DNA of 64,000 nucleotides from Atribacterota bacterium. GTDB lineage: Bacteria > Atribacterota > Phoenicimicrobiia > Phoenicimicrobiales > Stramentimicrobiaceae. Shown piece by piece: positions 21,658 through 32,063 of this stretch. Positions within the stretch are counted from its first letter, which is position 1. Each line of letters starts with the position of its first letter. Location of the stretch: the NCBI GenBank assembly GCA_040767965.1, contig JAXGNR010000004.1, positions 768,001 to 832,000 on the forward strand. The letters run 5' to 3'. The translations under genes were made by a program, and so were the position numbers. The notes beneath the pieces were generated by a model, which had not been told where the DNA came from, searched no databases, and saw only the letters and a program-made list of their open reading frames with translations.

Positions 21658-22465
21658 TTAAGCAAAAAAACAATGTGCTTCTGTGATTGTTTTTTTTATA
21701 AGATTATTATCTAAAGGCAATATACCATGAATATTTTTTTTCACAACAGATTAAATATTCAATATTTCCGGGAGAGTTTTTAATTGGCGAAAATGTGATG
21801 TTTTTACAAATATAATCGGAACTAATATTTTTTAATAAATTATGGATGGTATCAAAATGTATTTCCGGATCATCAACAATACCACCTTTTTTTACATGTT
21901 CTCTGCCTGCTTCAAATTGGGGTTTTATTAAGGCAATTATTTTCCCATTACTTTTTAATAAATCACTTACAATCGGAAGAACAATTTTCAAAGAAATAAA
22001 AGAAACATCAACAGTAATCATATCAAACTTAAAATTAAATATAGTTTTATCAAGGTATCTTATGTTGGTTTTTTCTATATTAATTACTCTGTTATCGTTT
22101 CTCAATTTCCAGTCTAACTGACCATAACCAACATCCACGCAATAAATTTTTTTAGCACCATGCTGAAGCAAACAATCAGTAAAACCTCCAGTAGATGCAC
22201 CAATATCAAGAATAATCAAATTATTTGGATAAATTTCAAAACAATGTAATGCTTTTTCTAATTTTAATCCACCCCTGCTGACATATTTCTCACTTATATT
22301 GTCAATTTCAATTACACTATCAGTATCAATTTTAGTGCCTGCCTTATTTATTTTTACACCATTGACTTTAACCTGGTTAGCCATTATAATTCTCTTGGCT
22401 TTTTCTCTTGTGAAAACCAGTTTTTTATCTACTAATATTTTATCTAATCTTTCTTTTTTATTCAT
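21658..22465 (-). CDS. tlyA: TlyA family rRNA 2'-O-methyltransferase (C-terminus frameshifted at an A run)
   Basis: KERLD S4 domain, YVSRGGLKL, DIGASTGGFTD, DVSFISL, KPQFE; alternative frame gives ...NLIKKTITEAHCFFA* ending 21658. Confidence 0.92.
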
Positions 22466-22495
22466 TTAATAAATAACACTTTATTATTTATAATT

Positions 22496-23104
22496 TTATT
22501 TTAACCAGTGCTCATCTCTTTCAATAGGCATACTTATGTCAAGATGACCTACTAAGGTTTCTCCGCTGTTACCATCTATAAGAAGCTGTACTTTTTCAAT
22601 TTCTGGAAATGTTGTCAAGGTCATTACAATAGAATATACTGTTAACAGCTCTCCAGTACTTCCTCCTGGATGATCTTTAATCAGGTCTGATGATAAATCA
22701 ATATAAGCAATTTTATCACTAACAAAAACAGTGTTAACTTTTGTAGATGGCGGTATAGTTGGAAAAAGATTTTTATTAGTTGGTCCTTTTATTAATTCTG
22801 TTATAATTTGCTTGATATTATAATCTGCATTTTTTATAGTCCTGTTTTCTGGGATTAAATATTGAGCATTATCATCAGAAAAGTATAGTAGTACTTCAAT
22901 TTCATCTTCTTTATCGACAATTGCTGTTTTTTCTGCTTCATCTTCAATTTTTACTGATTCTTTAGTGGAGATATCTTTTTTCTGCAGAATTGGTAATAAA
23001 AAATTTTGAAATAAAATAAATACAAAAAATAATAATAGTAATAATATTATTAAATTGAAAATTGATTTGAAATTATTTTTCTTTTTTTTTCTTCTTCTAG
23101 ACAT
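22496..23104 (-). CDS. GerMN-domain membrane-anchored protein
   Basis: N-terminal TM, LYFSD...LIPENR, ELIKGP, GGSTGELLTVYSIV.TLT.F, GHLD. Confidence 0.85.
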   Translation of the reverse strand: MSRRRKKKKNNFKSIFNLIILLLLLFFVFILFQNFLLPILQKKDISTKESVKIEDEAEKTAIVDKEDEIEVLLYFSDDNAQYLIPENRTIKNADYNIKQIITELIKGPTNKNLFPTIPPSTKVNTVFVSDKIAYIDLSSDLIKDHPGGSTGELLTVYSIVMTLTTFPEIEKVQLLIDGNSGETLVGHLDISMPIERDEHWLK

Positions 23105-23133
23105 TTAAAACCCCTTCTACTTAATAAAAAATA

Positions 23134-24691
23134 CTATTCTATAGGAATGGTTTTTATGTATTCTGTAACAGATTCACCCAGGGCTTGTGCAACTTTTTCT
23201 CTAAATTCAGAGGTTTTTAAAAGCTTTTCCTCTTCAGGATTTGAAATAAAGCCAACTTCTACCAGTACTGCAGCCATGTTGACACCTTTCAGAACTATAA
23301 AAGGAGCTTGCTTTACTCCTCTGCTAGACAAACCAGTATGTTGAACAAGTTTTTTTTGTACAATATCAGCAAAATCTAAACTAAAACCTATACTAGCGCT
23401 CTCTTCCAAATCAGCTATAATCTGGTTTAAAACATTATCCTCATAATTATGAAATTGACTAGCCTTATTTTCCCTATCAGCTACATCCTTAGCAGAAGCT
23501 CCAATATAACGAGAATTTAAAACATATGTCTCAATTCCACGAGCTGTTGTAGAACCTTTTTGTAATGCGGAATTAACATGTATACTTATAAAGGCAGAAG
23601 CTTCTTTTTTAGCGGCTATCAAAGGTCTGTCTTCTAATGGGACATCTATGTCTTTTTCTCTTGTTAAGTAAACCTGGTAGCCCTTATTTTGAAGAATTTT
23701 CTGTAACTTTATCGCCACATCCAAAACAATGTCTTTTTCTTTTAAACCACTAGGACCAATAGCCCCAGGGTGAGAACCGCCATGACCTGGATCAATAACA
23801 ATAATATGTTTTTCATTTTGCCTTTCATCTAATTCAATGTCGGTTGCAGGAATATGAGATGGCTCTATTGGTTTTGCTTCTATCGCTACTTGAACACCAT
23901 CACTTTGCTTGATTTCATCAGAATTAAATACATCTACAACTATTCTTTCAGGTGATTTCAAAGCAAAAACCTCATACTGAAAATTATTTATCAGGTCTAA
24001 TACAATTCTAGCAGTATTAAGATCAAACTGTCCTATTCTAACTTTTTTTACTGTATTATCATCTATCAAAAATTCTTTTTGTTCATTATTTTTTAACCCA
24101 GTTAAGGCATTTATGTCAATAACAATTCTGTCCGGGTTATCAAGTTTAAGAATTTTGAAATCAGATGAATCGGTAACATCAATAACTATTCTTGTTTTAT
24201 CATCATAAGTAAAGCTTCTTACATTGTTAACAAATTACCCTTTCTTAAAATGTTAAGAATTTTGATTTCATATCCCATTCAACTACAATATTGTCTAGTG
24301 TTTTTAATATTTCAACAGGAATCATAACTCTATTTTCTATTATTTTTGCAGGAGTTTCCAATTCTATTTTTTCTTTATTTACTTCTGCTTCTAAAGCATC
24401 TATAACTACACTTATTTCTTTCTCTGGCATAATTATATTTAATAATTTTAAAGCTGGAAACCAAACAATTCTGCCATTTAATAGTTCAACTACATCTCTA
24501 ACGGGTAAGAAAACTCTTCCATCGATTACAATTGCATTATTTTCAGTTTCCAATAAATTCCCATCAAGATAAACCTTAACTTCCTCCTGGGCATTTAGAA
24601 GAAAAACATTAGGTGTTAAGTTAAGTATAAGTATTAAAACAAAAATAAGAATAATGCTTCTTTTTCTAATCATCAAGCCTTTTCTCCTCAT
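23134..24691 (-). CDS. N-acetylmuramoyl-L-alanine amidase (copper-amine-oxidase N-terminal/stalk + AMIN + Amidase_3), split by indels near 24240
   Basis: Signal peptide, GRVFLPVR stalk motif, AMIN repeats (NPDRIVID, SPERIVVD), IDPGHGG, SIHVN, LVEVGFISN. Confidence 0.85.
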
Positions 24692-25714
24692 GGACTAAAT
24701 ATCGATACATTATTACTTTTAAAGTCGCTGCTATCGGAATTGCAAACAAAACTCCCAAAAAACCAAGGAGGCCTCCAAATGTCAGCATTGCAAAAATTAT
24801 GGTGAGCGGATGTAGGCCTAATTCCTTTCCAAGTATTTTTGGATTTAACCAAATTGCCTCAATCTGATTTACAGCAACAAATAAAACAGTAACTGAAATA
24901 AATATAGACCAGGGCCTTCCAATAACAAAAAATAATGCTATCACCCATCCAACAATTGGACCCAGGTATGGTATAAAATTTAAAATTCCTGAAATCAAAC
25001 CAATAATAAGATAAAATTTTATCTGAAGGAAATAAAGACCAAGAGTAATTAGAGCACCCACAATAAAACATACAACTAGCCTTCCGCGAATAAAATTGCT
25101 TAATATTCTATCAATCTCAATGACTATTTCACGAAAATTATCTTTATTTTTCTGTGAAACAAATATCAGAAGATTATCTTTAAAAAGTTCTAAATCGATC
25201 AATAAATAATAAAGAATCAGGGGAATTACAATAACTCCAAATCCGAATTTTGTAACAAACGAAGAAAGTTCAAATATTGCATTTCTAGAAAAAGTCAATA
25301 ATCCTCTTTGTATCTCTGCAAAAATATCCTGCAAGAAAACCGCTAAGTTTGCTGAATCTTCCAGCCATTCAAAAATAAATTCTATGGATAGTAACAAATC
25401 TTGAATACTGGATATCAACCCGGGTATTTCTCTGGATAATTGGTTTAATTCATTAATAGTATTTGGTATAAGGAAAAAAACCACAAGGACAGCAAAAGCA
25501 ATAATAATGGCAAAAATAATTAAAATTGCTATTTTTTTTGATATTTTTTTATCAATTAAAAATCTATAAAGAGGTCCAAAAAATAAGCGAGAAATAAGGA
25601 TAAACTAAAATAAATCAAAATTAATTCTAATCTGTGTGCAATAAAACAAAAAATTATTATACTGATAATCAGTTTTATAACTAATCTGCTTTCTTTATCT
25701 TGAATTATTTCCAT
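24666..25714 (-). CDS. AI-2E (UPF0118) family transporter, N-terminus frameshifted
   Basis: FIRGRL, NFIPYLGP, PKILG, LHPL, AIPIAA; upstream hydrophobic coding to ATG at 25714. Confidence 0.82.
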
Positions 25715-25876
25715 TTTTTACCTTATATTCTCTGTGATTAACTGCCGTTATTTTCAAAAAAGATTGCGTTTAAAATAATTGCACTTGTATTAATATAATT
25801 TATATCAAATAAATTGATATTAATCAATTATCAATAAATAAGAAATAATAATTATGTTTTATCTTATTAGAAAATA

Positions 25877-25911
25877 AAAAGATAACCTGATTTTTATTCA
25901 GGTTATCTTTT
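25877..25911 (-). terminator. Terminator after tmRNA
   Basis: AAAAGATAACCTGA...TCAGGTTATCTTTT perfect inverted repeat. Confidence 0.8.
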
Positions 25912-25925
25912 TCTAAATCATTAAA

Positions 25926-26279
25926 TGGTAGAGGCGGCGAGATTCGAACTCGCGTCCAGAGAACCATCAATAAAAAATACTACGAGTGTAGTCTATGTTC
26001 TATTGTTTCATATTACCTAACTCCCATAGACTGGATTTAAATAATACTAGCTTCATAGTTTCTCTGAATCATTTGAAGCAAAATGAATCAGATAGCCTGT
26101 TTTTTGTTACACCCGCAATAAACTTACAAGCGAAAGTTCATTGCAGACGAGCAGCTATTAAGCTGCTAAAGCCAATTCGTTATCGTTGGCAATTAATGTT
26201 TTTCCCTAAGTTTAACGAGGATAAGGACCTCGACTCGCATTCTTTACCCCTGTTTTCCCTGTCGAAACCTATCGCCCCC
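25926..26279 (-). ncRNA. ssrA: tmRNA, tag peptide ANDNELALAA
   Basis: 5' GGGGGCGATAGGTTTCGAC, 3' GACGCGAGTTCGAATCTCGCCGCCTCTACCA; tag ORF 26190-26158 GCC AAC GAT AAC GAA TTG GCT TTA GCA GCT TAA; adjacent to smpB. Confidence 0.96.
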
Positions 26280-26748
26280 ATTGTTTATTTTTTAACTCTC
26301 TTTCAACTTCTCTCTGGATAGCCTTCTTGGTCAGATCATCTCTTTTATCAAATAACTTTTTTCCTTTAGCTAATCCAAGCTCTACTTTTGCATATCCATT
26401 TTTAAAATATACCTTTAAAGGAATTAATGTGAACCCTTTACTGCTGGTTTGACCCTTCAGTTTTTTTAATTGTTTATTTTGCAATAATAACTTGCGATCT
26501 CTTTTTGGTTCTAAGTTAAACCGATTACCAAATTCATAAGGGGAAACATGCATATTGATTACGAATAATTCATCGCCTTTAAACTGTGCATAACTTTCTT
26601 TTATACTGAGTTGATGGTTTCTGATTGATTTAACTTCAGTTCCTTTTAAAACGATACCTGCTTCATATGTTTCCAGTATATGATAATCATGTCTGGCCTT
26701 ACGGTTAACTGACACGGTTTTAAGTTCATTTATGTTTTTTTCAGGCAT
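26269..26748 (-). CDS. smpB: SsrA-binding protein
   Basis: NRKARHDY, EAGIVLKGTEVKS, RKLLL, GKKLFDKR. Confidence 0.97.
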   Translation of the reverse strand: MPEKNINELKTVSVNRKARHDYHILETYEAGIVLKGTEVKSIRNHQLSIKESYAQFKGDELFVINMHVSPYEFGNRFNLEPKRDRKLLLQNKQLKKLKGQTSSKGFTLIPLKVYFKNGYAKVELGLAKGKKLFDKRDDLTKKAIQREVERELKNKQWGR

Positions 26749-26771
26749 TATATTTCCCTGTTTTGTATTAA

Positions 26772-26800
26772 ATTATAGCATAAAAACATTCACTTTTCAA
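26772..26800 (-). promoter_or_regulatory. Promoter of smpB-ssrA
   Basis: TTGAAA, 17-nt spacer, extended -10 TGcTATAAT. Confidence 0.65.
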
Positions 26801-26859
26801 TTAAAGAAACGCTTTTGAAAAAGTAACCTTCAATGGGCAATCAGATAGTTTAATTAATC

Positions 26860-27891
26860 TTAATTAGAAGCTCTTCTTAATCGGTCCATTATTGCACTTC
26901 CAAGTCCTTTGTTTTCAAAACTCTCAGAAATTATAATATCGCATTGCAAATCATCCAATAATCGCATCTTGCTATATAAATTATGAGCATATAATTCCAG
27001 ATTATTTTCAAATCCCAATGCCTCAACAATAAAGATATTCGGATATCTATTCATATTTTCAAAACTGGACAAAATACCAATTTTTTTCCCAAGTCCATGG
27101 TAGTAAAAAGCTTTTTTAATTATTTCCTGAATCATTTTTTCTTTTCCTCCCTCTACTAAAAAAAGCTTAGCCTTAGTAGCATAATGCTTTTTAAGCATAC
27201 CGGGAGATTTGCTTTCATTCAAAATACTATCTTGATTTATAGTAATATCTGGAATTACTTTTTTTAGATCTTCTACTGTAATCCCACCTAAGCGTAAAAT
27301 ATTTACTGGATTTATGGAAACATCAATTACTGTTGATTCAACTCCTACTGATGTTTCTCCACCATCGATTATGATATCTATTCTATTTTTTAAATCTGTA
27401 AAAACATGTTGTGCATTAGTGGAGCTCGTATGAGTGAATATATTTGCACTAGGTGCTGCTATTGGCCTTTTAGATTCTCGAATAAGTTCTAAAGCGATGG
27501 GATGTTTAGGTATCCTTACGGCAACAGTATCAAGCCCCGCAGTTACATATTGAGATATTTTTTTATTTTTTTTCATAACTATTGTTAGAGGTCCTGGCCA
27601 AAACATTTTGCTAATTTTTTTTGCTATATCTGGAAAATCAGATACAATATCTTGTAACTCTTCCAGACACGATATATGCACTATTAAAGGGTCAAAAAAT
27701 GGCCTTTCCTTTACTTGAAATATTTTTTTTACAGCATTTTCATTTAAAGCATCAGCACCTAACCCATATACTGTTTCTGTAGGAAATGCAACAAGCTTAC
27801 CATCTTTTATTGCTTTTCCTGCTATTTTAATTTTTTCTTTATCGATATTATCTTTATTTATTTCAATAAATGCCGTTTTTATCTTTTCCAT
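26860..27891 (-). CDS. sua5: L-threonylcarbamoyladenylate synthase (Sua5/TsaC2)
   Basis: AFPTETVYGLGA, PLIVH, WPGPLT, AAPSAN, SPGMLKKHYA, SUA5 C-terminal domain. Confidence 0.93.
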   Translation of the reverse strand: MEKIKTAFIEINKDNIDKEKIKIAGKAIKDGKLVAFPTETVYGLGADALNENAVKKIFQVKERPFFDPLIVHISCLEELQDIVSDFPDIAKKISKMFWPGPLTIVMKKNKKISQYVTAGLDTVAVRIPKHPIALELIRESKRPIAAPSANIFTHTSSTNAQHVFTDLKNRIDIIIDGGETSVGVESTVIDVSINPVNILRLGGITVEDLKKVIPDITINQDSILNESKSPGMLKKHYATKAKLFLVEGGKEKMIQEIIKKAFYYHGLGKKIGILSSFENMNRYPNIFIVEALGFENNLELYAHNLYSKMRLLDDLQCDIIISESFENKGLGSAIMDRLRRASN

Positions 27892-27960
27892 TTTTTTCCC
27901 ATATTTTTTATTTTCTATATTAAAAAAAGCAGGATAGCCTGCTCTTTTATATTATTTCTA

Positions 27961-28035
27961 TGGTGGCGCAAGGGGGAATTGAACCCCCGTTTGCTGATTG
28001 AGAGCCAGCTGAATTAACCACTATTCGATTGCGCC
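27961..28035 (-). tRNA. tRNA-Glu (CTC)
   Basis: GGCGCAATCGAATAGTGGTTAATTCAGCTGGCTCTCAATCAGCAAACGGGGGTTCAATTCCCCCTTGCGCCACCA. Confidence 0.92.
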
Positions 28036-28188
28036 ATGCTAAACAAATATATTTTACTTTATATATTTATAAAACGCAATTTTTGCGTTTTATTTTCTAC
28101 AGCTCTTTAGAATGTTCAATGTTTTTTTTATTAAACTAATAAGGACAGGGTATCTTTTTAACAGAGACTCTGCCCTTATAATTAAAGG

Positions 28189-28259
28189 CTGAGGGAGGTG
28201 GGGTCGAACCACCGCTCCCAGATCCAGAGTCTGGTGTCCTACCACTAGACGATCCCTCA
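28189..28259 (-). tRNA. tRNA-Gln (CTG), followed by CCT rather than CCA
   Basis: TGAGGGATCGTCTAGTGGTAGGACACCAGACTCTGGATCTGGGAGCGGTGGTTCGACCCCACCTCCCTCAG; U1-A72 pair. Confidence 0.92.
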
Positions 28260-28357
28260 ATATTTATAATGTACATTTACTTAACATTAATATTTTACAA
28301 CATATTCTTTATAGGTCAAATTTTTTTTAAGCATTTTAAGATATTTTTATCAAAATA

Positions 28358-29827
28358 TTAATTATATATTCCATTTATAGCTTTTTTCAATCGTTCTATA
28401 TTTGTTTTTTTACCTAAAACTTCCATCAAAGAAAACAAACTCGGCCCAATTTTTTTGCCAGATAAAGACGCTCTTGTTGGATGTATAATTTGTTTCCCTT
28501 TTAATTTCATCTCTTCAGCCATCTCTCGAACAACTTTTTCAATATTTTCTTCTTTCCAATATTCTATTGCATTCAATCTTTTAGATAATTCTTCTAGGAT
28601 ATTTTTAGTTTCATCTGACGCTAGAATTTTTTTAGCATCATCTTCAAATTTAAAATCATCTGTAAAAAAATAATCACCGTATTCAACAAACTGTCTAAAA
28701 TTTCTTACCCTGGTTTTCATTAATGACACAACACTATTTAACCATTTTAACCTTTTAGAATCAGGATTATTCTCAAATAATTCAGCTTCCTGTAAAAAAG
28801 GTATCAGCTTGTCTATATAAATGTCGTTTGATATATTTTTTAAATATTCACCATTAAACCAATTCAATTTTTCCATGTCAAAAATTGCAGCATGTTTAGA
28901 TATTTTATCTAATGTGAAGTTTTTAACAAGTTCTCCTATTGAAAAGATCTCTTGATTGGTTCCAGAGGACCACCCTAGATGCGCAATATAATTTACAACA
29001 GCTTCAGGCAAAAATCCCATTTTTTGATATTCTATAACAGACGTAGCTCCATGTCTTTTGCTCAATCTGGTGTTGTCTGGGCCCATTATCATTGGTATAT
29101 GAGCAAAATTAGGAATTGGAGCATTTAAGGCCTGGTATATAACAATTTGTTTGGGGGTATTTGATATATGGTCATCACCACGCATTACCAGCGATATCTC
29201 CATATTTATGTCATCTACAACAACCGCAAAATTATATGTAGGAATTCCATCAGATTTAATTATGACAAAATCAGTAAATAGACTGGTATCAAACTCCATT
29301 TCTCCTTTGATTTTATCTTGAACTTTAATTATTTCTGCAGGCATTTTCAGTCTGATAACAGGCTTTCTTCCTTCTTTTCGAAAAGCAGACTTCTCTTCCT
29401 CGCTTAAATTAAGACATTTTCGATCATATAAGGCATTTTTATTTTCTTTAGCTTGCTTATTTCTTCTTTCTTCCAATTCTTCAGGAGTACAATAACAATA
29501 ATAAGCTTTTCCTTCTATCAAAAGCTGTTCAGTATATTTTTGGTAAGTATCAATTCTCTGCATTTGAAAATATGGCCCATATTGACCACCAACTTCAGGT
29601 CCTTCATCCCAGTTTAACCCCAGCCATTTCATACCATCAAATATAGCTTTAACAGCATCTGTTGTAGATCTGACTCGATCAGTATCTTCTATTCTTAATA
29701 CAAATGTACCATTATTATGTTTTGCATAAAGCCAGTTAAACAATGCTGTTCTCGCTCCTCCAATATGCAAATACCCTGTAGGGCTTGGGGCAAATCTAAC
29801 TCTTATTTCTTTATTTCTGACGATCAT
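28358..29827 (-). CDS. gltX: Glutamate--tRNA ligase
   Basis: RFAPSPTGYLHIGG (HIGH), LSKRHG (KMSKS-like). Confidence 0.97.
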   Translation of the reverse strand: MIVRNKEIRVRFAPSPTGYLHIGGARTALFNWLYAKHNNGTFVLRIEDTDRVRSTTDAVKAIFDGMKWLGLNWDEGPEVGGQYGPYFQMQRIDTYQKYTEQLLIEGKAYYCYCTPEELEERRNKQAKENKNALYDRKCLNLSEEEKSAFRKEGRKPVIRLKMPAEIIKVQDKIKGEMEFDTSLFTDFVIIKSDGIPTYNFAVVVDDINMEISLVMRGDDHISNTPKQIVIYQALNAPIPNFAHIPMIMGPDNTRLSKRHGATSVIEYQKMGFLPEAVVNYIAHLGWSSGTNQEIFSIGELVKNFTLDKISKHAAIFDMEKLNWFNGEYLKNISNDIYIDKLIPFLQEAELFENNPDSKRLKWLNSVVSLMKTRVRNFRQFVEYGDYFFTDDFKFEDDAKKILASDETKNILEELSKRLNAIEYWKEENIEKVVREMAEEMKLKGKQIIHPTRASLSGKKIGPSLFSLMEVLGKKTNIERLKKAINGIYN

Positions 29828-29884
29828 ATTTCCTCCAAAGTAGACTGTTTCATGTTAAAATTTCAATTTGATTTCATATTATAT

Positions 29885-30823
29885 TTATTTTACTAATTGT
29901 GTTAATTTTACTACTTCAATATTTTTTGAATAAAGCAGAGGGGTTACCTCTTCTAAAATATCTACTGTATTACAATATGGATGTCCAATCGCTATGGCAG
30001 ATCCATATTTTAAAGCTAAATCTATCAGTATTTCAAATTGTTTTCTTATGTAATCTAATTCCTGATTATTATCAAGAAATACTGAACGAAAAGCAGTTTC
30101 AACACCCATTTCTTTACCTAAAGCATACCCAATAGAATTGGGGCTGGTCATGCTGTCTACAAAAAACAAATTTTGATTTTTTATTTCTTGTAAAATAACT
30201 TTCATTACCTTTTCATTTTCAGTAACTTTTGATCCCATGTGATTATTCACTCCATCAACACCAGGCAAGTTATTCAAGTTTGCTAATAGTTTATTTTTTA
30301 TTTCTTCTTCAGTCATGTTTGAATAAATAGCGCCTTTCCCAGGGTTAATATTAGAATCATGCGGCTCCATTGGTAAATGCATCAATATTGTTATATTATT
30401 TTCTTTCGCCATTTTAAAAACAACCTGTGAGTAAGGTAAATATGGTAAAATAGAAAAAGCAACCGGGTAATCCAGGCTTAACAATCTTTCAGCTATTTCT
30501 ACTTGATACCCCAGGTCATCTATTATAATAGCAATTTTTGGTTTATCTGTTTTTACTTCTTTTTTTTCTTGTAAAAATCTTTCAATTAAAAGCTCTTCTT
30601 CTTTCTGATTAAAAATTTCATAAGGAAACTTTATCGGGATACTCTCAATGTTTCTTTCTTCAATTATTTGCTCCCGACTATTTATGGTTTGTTTGTTTTC
30701 AAAATCAACACTATTATGTTCTTTTATCCCATTTCCATCCAGGTGCAAAAAGATACCAAGTAACAATAGTAATATTATTGATAATAGGATTGAAAACGTG
30801 TAATTCCAAAGTTTTTTTTCCAT
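29885..30823 (-). CDS. Divergent polysaccharide deacetylase (YibQ-like)
   Basis: IAIIIDDLG, HLPMEP, NNHMGS, FFVDS, VFLDN, IGHP. Confidence 0.9.
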   Translation of the reverse strand: MEKKLWNYTFSILLSIILLLLLGIFLHLDGNGIKEHNSVDFENKQTINSREQIIEERNIESIPIKFPYEIFNQKEEELLIERFLQEKKEVKTDKPKIAIIIDDLGYQVEIAERLLSLDYPVAFSILPYLPYSQVVFKMAKENNITILMHLPMEPHDSNINPGKGAIYSNMTEEEIKNKLLANLNNLPGVDGVNNHMGSKVTENEKVMKVILQEIKNQNLFFVDSMTSPNSIGYALGKEMGVETAFRSVFLDNNQELDYIRKQFEILIDLALKYGSAIAIGHPYCNTVDILEEVTPLLYSKNIEVVKLTQLVK

Positions 30824-30843
30824 TTTATCTTATTTTATAACTA

Positions 30844-32016
30844 TTATTTTGTAGTTACATTCCCTTTCAGTAGATAGTCAATAGCTGCTTCCAACTGATA
30901 GTCATCATTATCATCATTTTGGCTTACTAATATGTTTGGTTCTATACCTATATTATTAATAACCCGACCAGAAGGAGTGTAATATTCTGAAGTAGATACC
31001 ATTACTGCTGAATCGTCAGCCAGGGTATATACTTGCTGAACCAATCCTTTCCCAAAAGTATTTTCCCCTAAAACAATACCCCTTCCCGAATCCTGAATAG
31101 CCCCGGCTACTATTTCAGAAGCACTGGCACTTCCAATATTTACCAGGACAATTACTGGCCATTGAGGATTATCATTGCCATAAGAATTATAAATTTTTAT
31201 TATATTATTTCTCCCTTTTATTCTCACTATCTCACCTTCATCAATAAACTGGCTCGCAACATCAATTGCTGAATCTAAAAGTCCTCCGGGATTATTCCTT
31301 AGATCAACTATAATTCCACTTAAAGAGGAATTTTTGTAGGAGTTCAATACCTGTTTTAATTCAGGACCAGTGTTAGCATTAAATGTTGATATTCTTATGT
31401 AAGCAATTCTCTCATCTTCAATAACCTTTTCCTTAACTGCTTCTACCATTATTGTATCCCTTATAATTTCTACTTCAAATAATTCATCAAATTTTTCTCT
31501 TTGTATAGTCAAAGTAACCAGGGTGCCTTTTTCTCCACGTAAAATATTAACCGCATCATCTAAGCTCATTGACTTGGTTGGTTCGCCATCTATCTGCATT
31601 ATATTGTCACCTGCTTTTATTCCTGCCTGGTAGGCAGGGGTATCTTCAATAGGAGAAATGACAGTCAATTGATTGTCAACAATAGTAACTATTATTCCTA
31701 ATCCGTCAAAATGTCCCATGAATAGATTTTCTCTTTCCCTTTGAAAGCTGATTGGGTCCAGGTATCTAGAATATGGATCATCTAATTCCAGCAACATTCC
31801 TTTAATTGCACCCTGAACTAATTGCTCTATATTAATATTTTTTTCTATATATTCACTTCTTACAATGCTGATAGCCTCAAAAAATGGCTCCAGATCATTA
31901 AAAATGCTGTCAGTTTGACTGGAAACTTTGTTATCATTAAACGGGTTGAGAATGATAACACCAATTATAAGAAAAAACAATACTGATAATATTAAATATT
32001 TTTGTTTATTTTTCAT
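30844..32016 (-). CDS. ctpA: Carboxyl-terminal processing protease (S41, PDZ)
   Basis: DPYSRY, PDZ GLGI, DLRNNPGG, SASASE, TFGKG. Confidence 0.92.
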   Translation of the reverse strand: MKNKQKYLILSVLFFLIIGVIILNPFNDNKVSSQTDSIFNDLEPFFEAISIVRSEYIEKNINIEQLVQGAIKGMLLELDDPYSRYLDPISFQRERENLFMGHFDGLGIIVTIVDNQLTVISPIEDTPAYQAGIKAGDNIMQIDGEPTKSMSLDDAVNILRGEKGTLVTLTIQREKFDELFEVEIIRDTIMVEAVKEKVIEDERIAYIRISTFNANTGPELKQVLNSYKNSSLSGIIVDLRNNPGGLLDSAIDVASQFIDEGEIVRIKGRNNIIKIYNSYGNDNPQWPVIVLVNIGSASASEIVAGAIQDSGRGIVLGENTFGKGLVQQVYTLADDSAVMVSTSEYYTPSGRVINNIGIEPNILVSQNDDNDDYQLEAAIDYLLKGNVTTK

Positions 32017-32063
32017 ACTAACACCTATTTTATTCCTCTATATTTTTTAACATTAAAAAGTTT

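Noticed and set aside
25995-26321. 108-aa plus-strand ORF
   Set aside because: Antisense to tmRNA and smpB; no RBS or recognisable motif.
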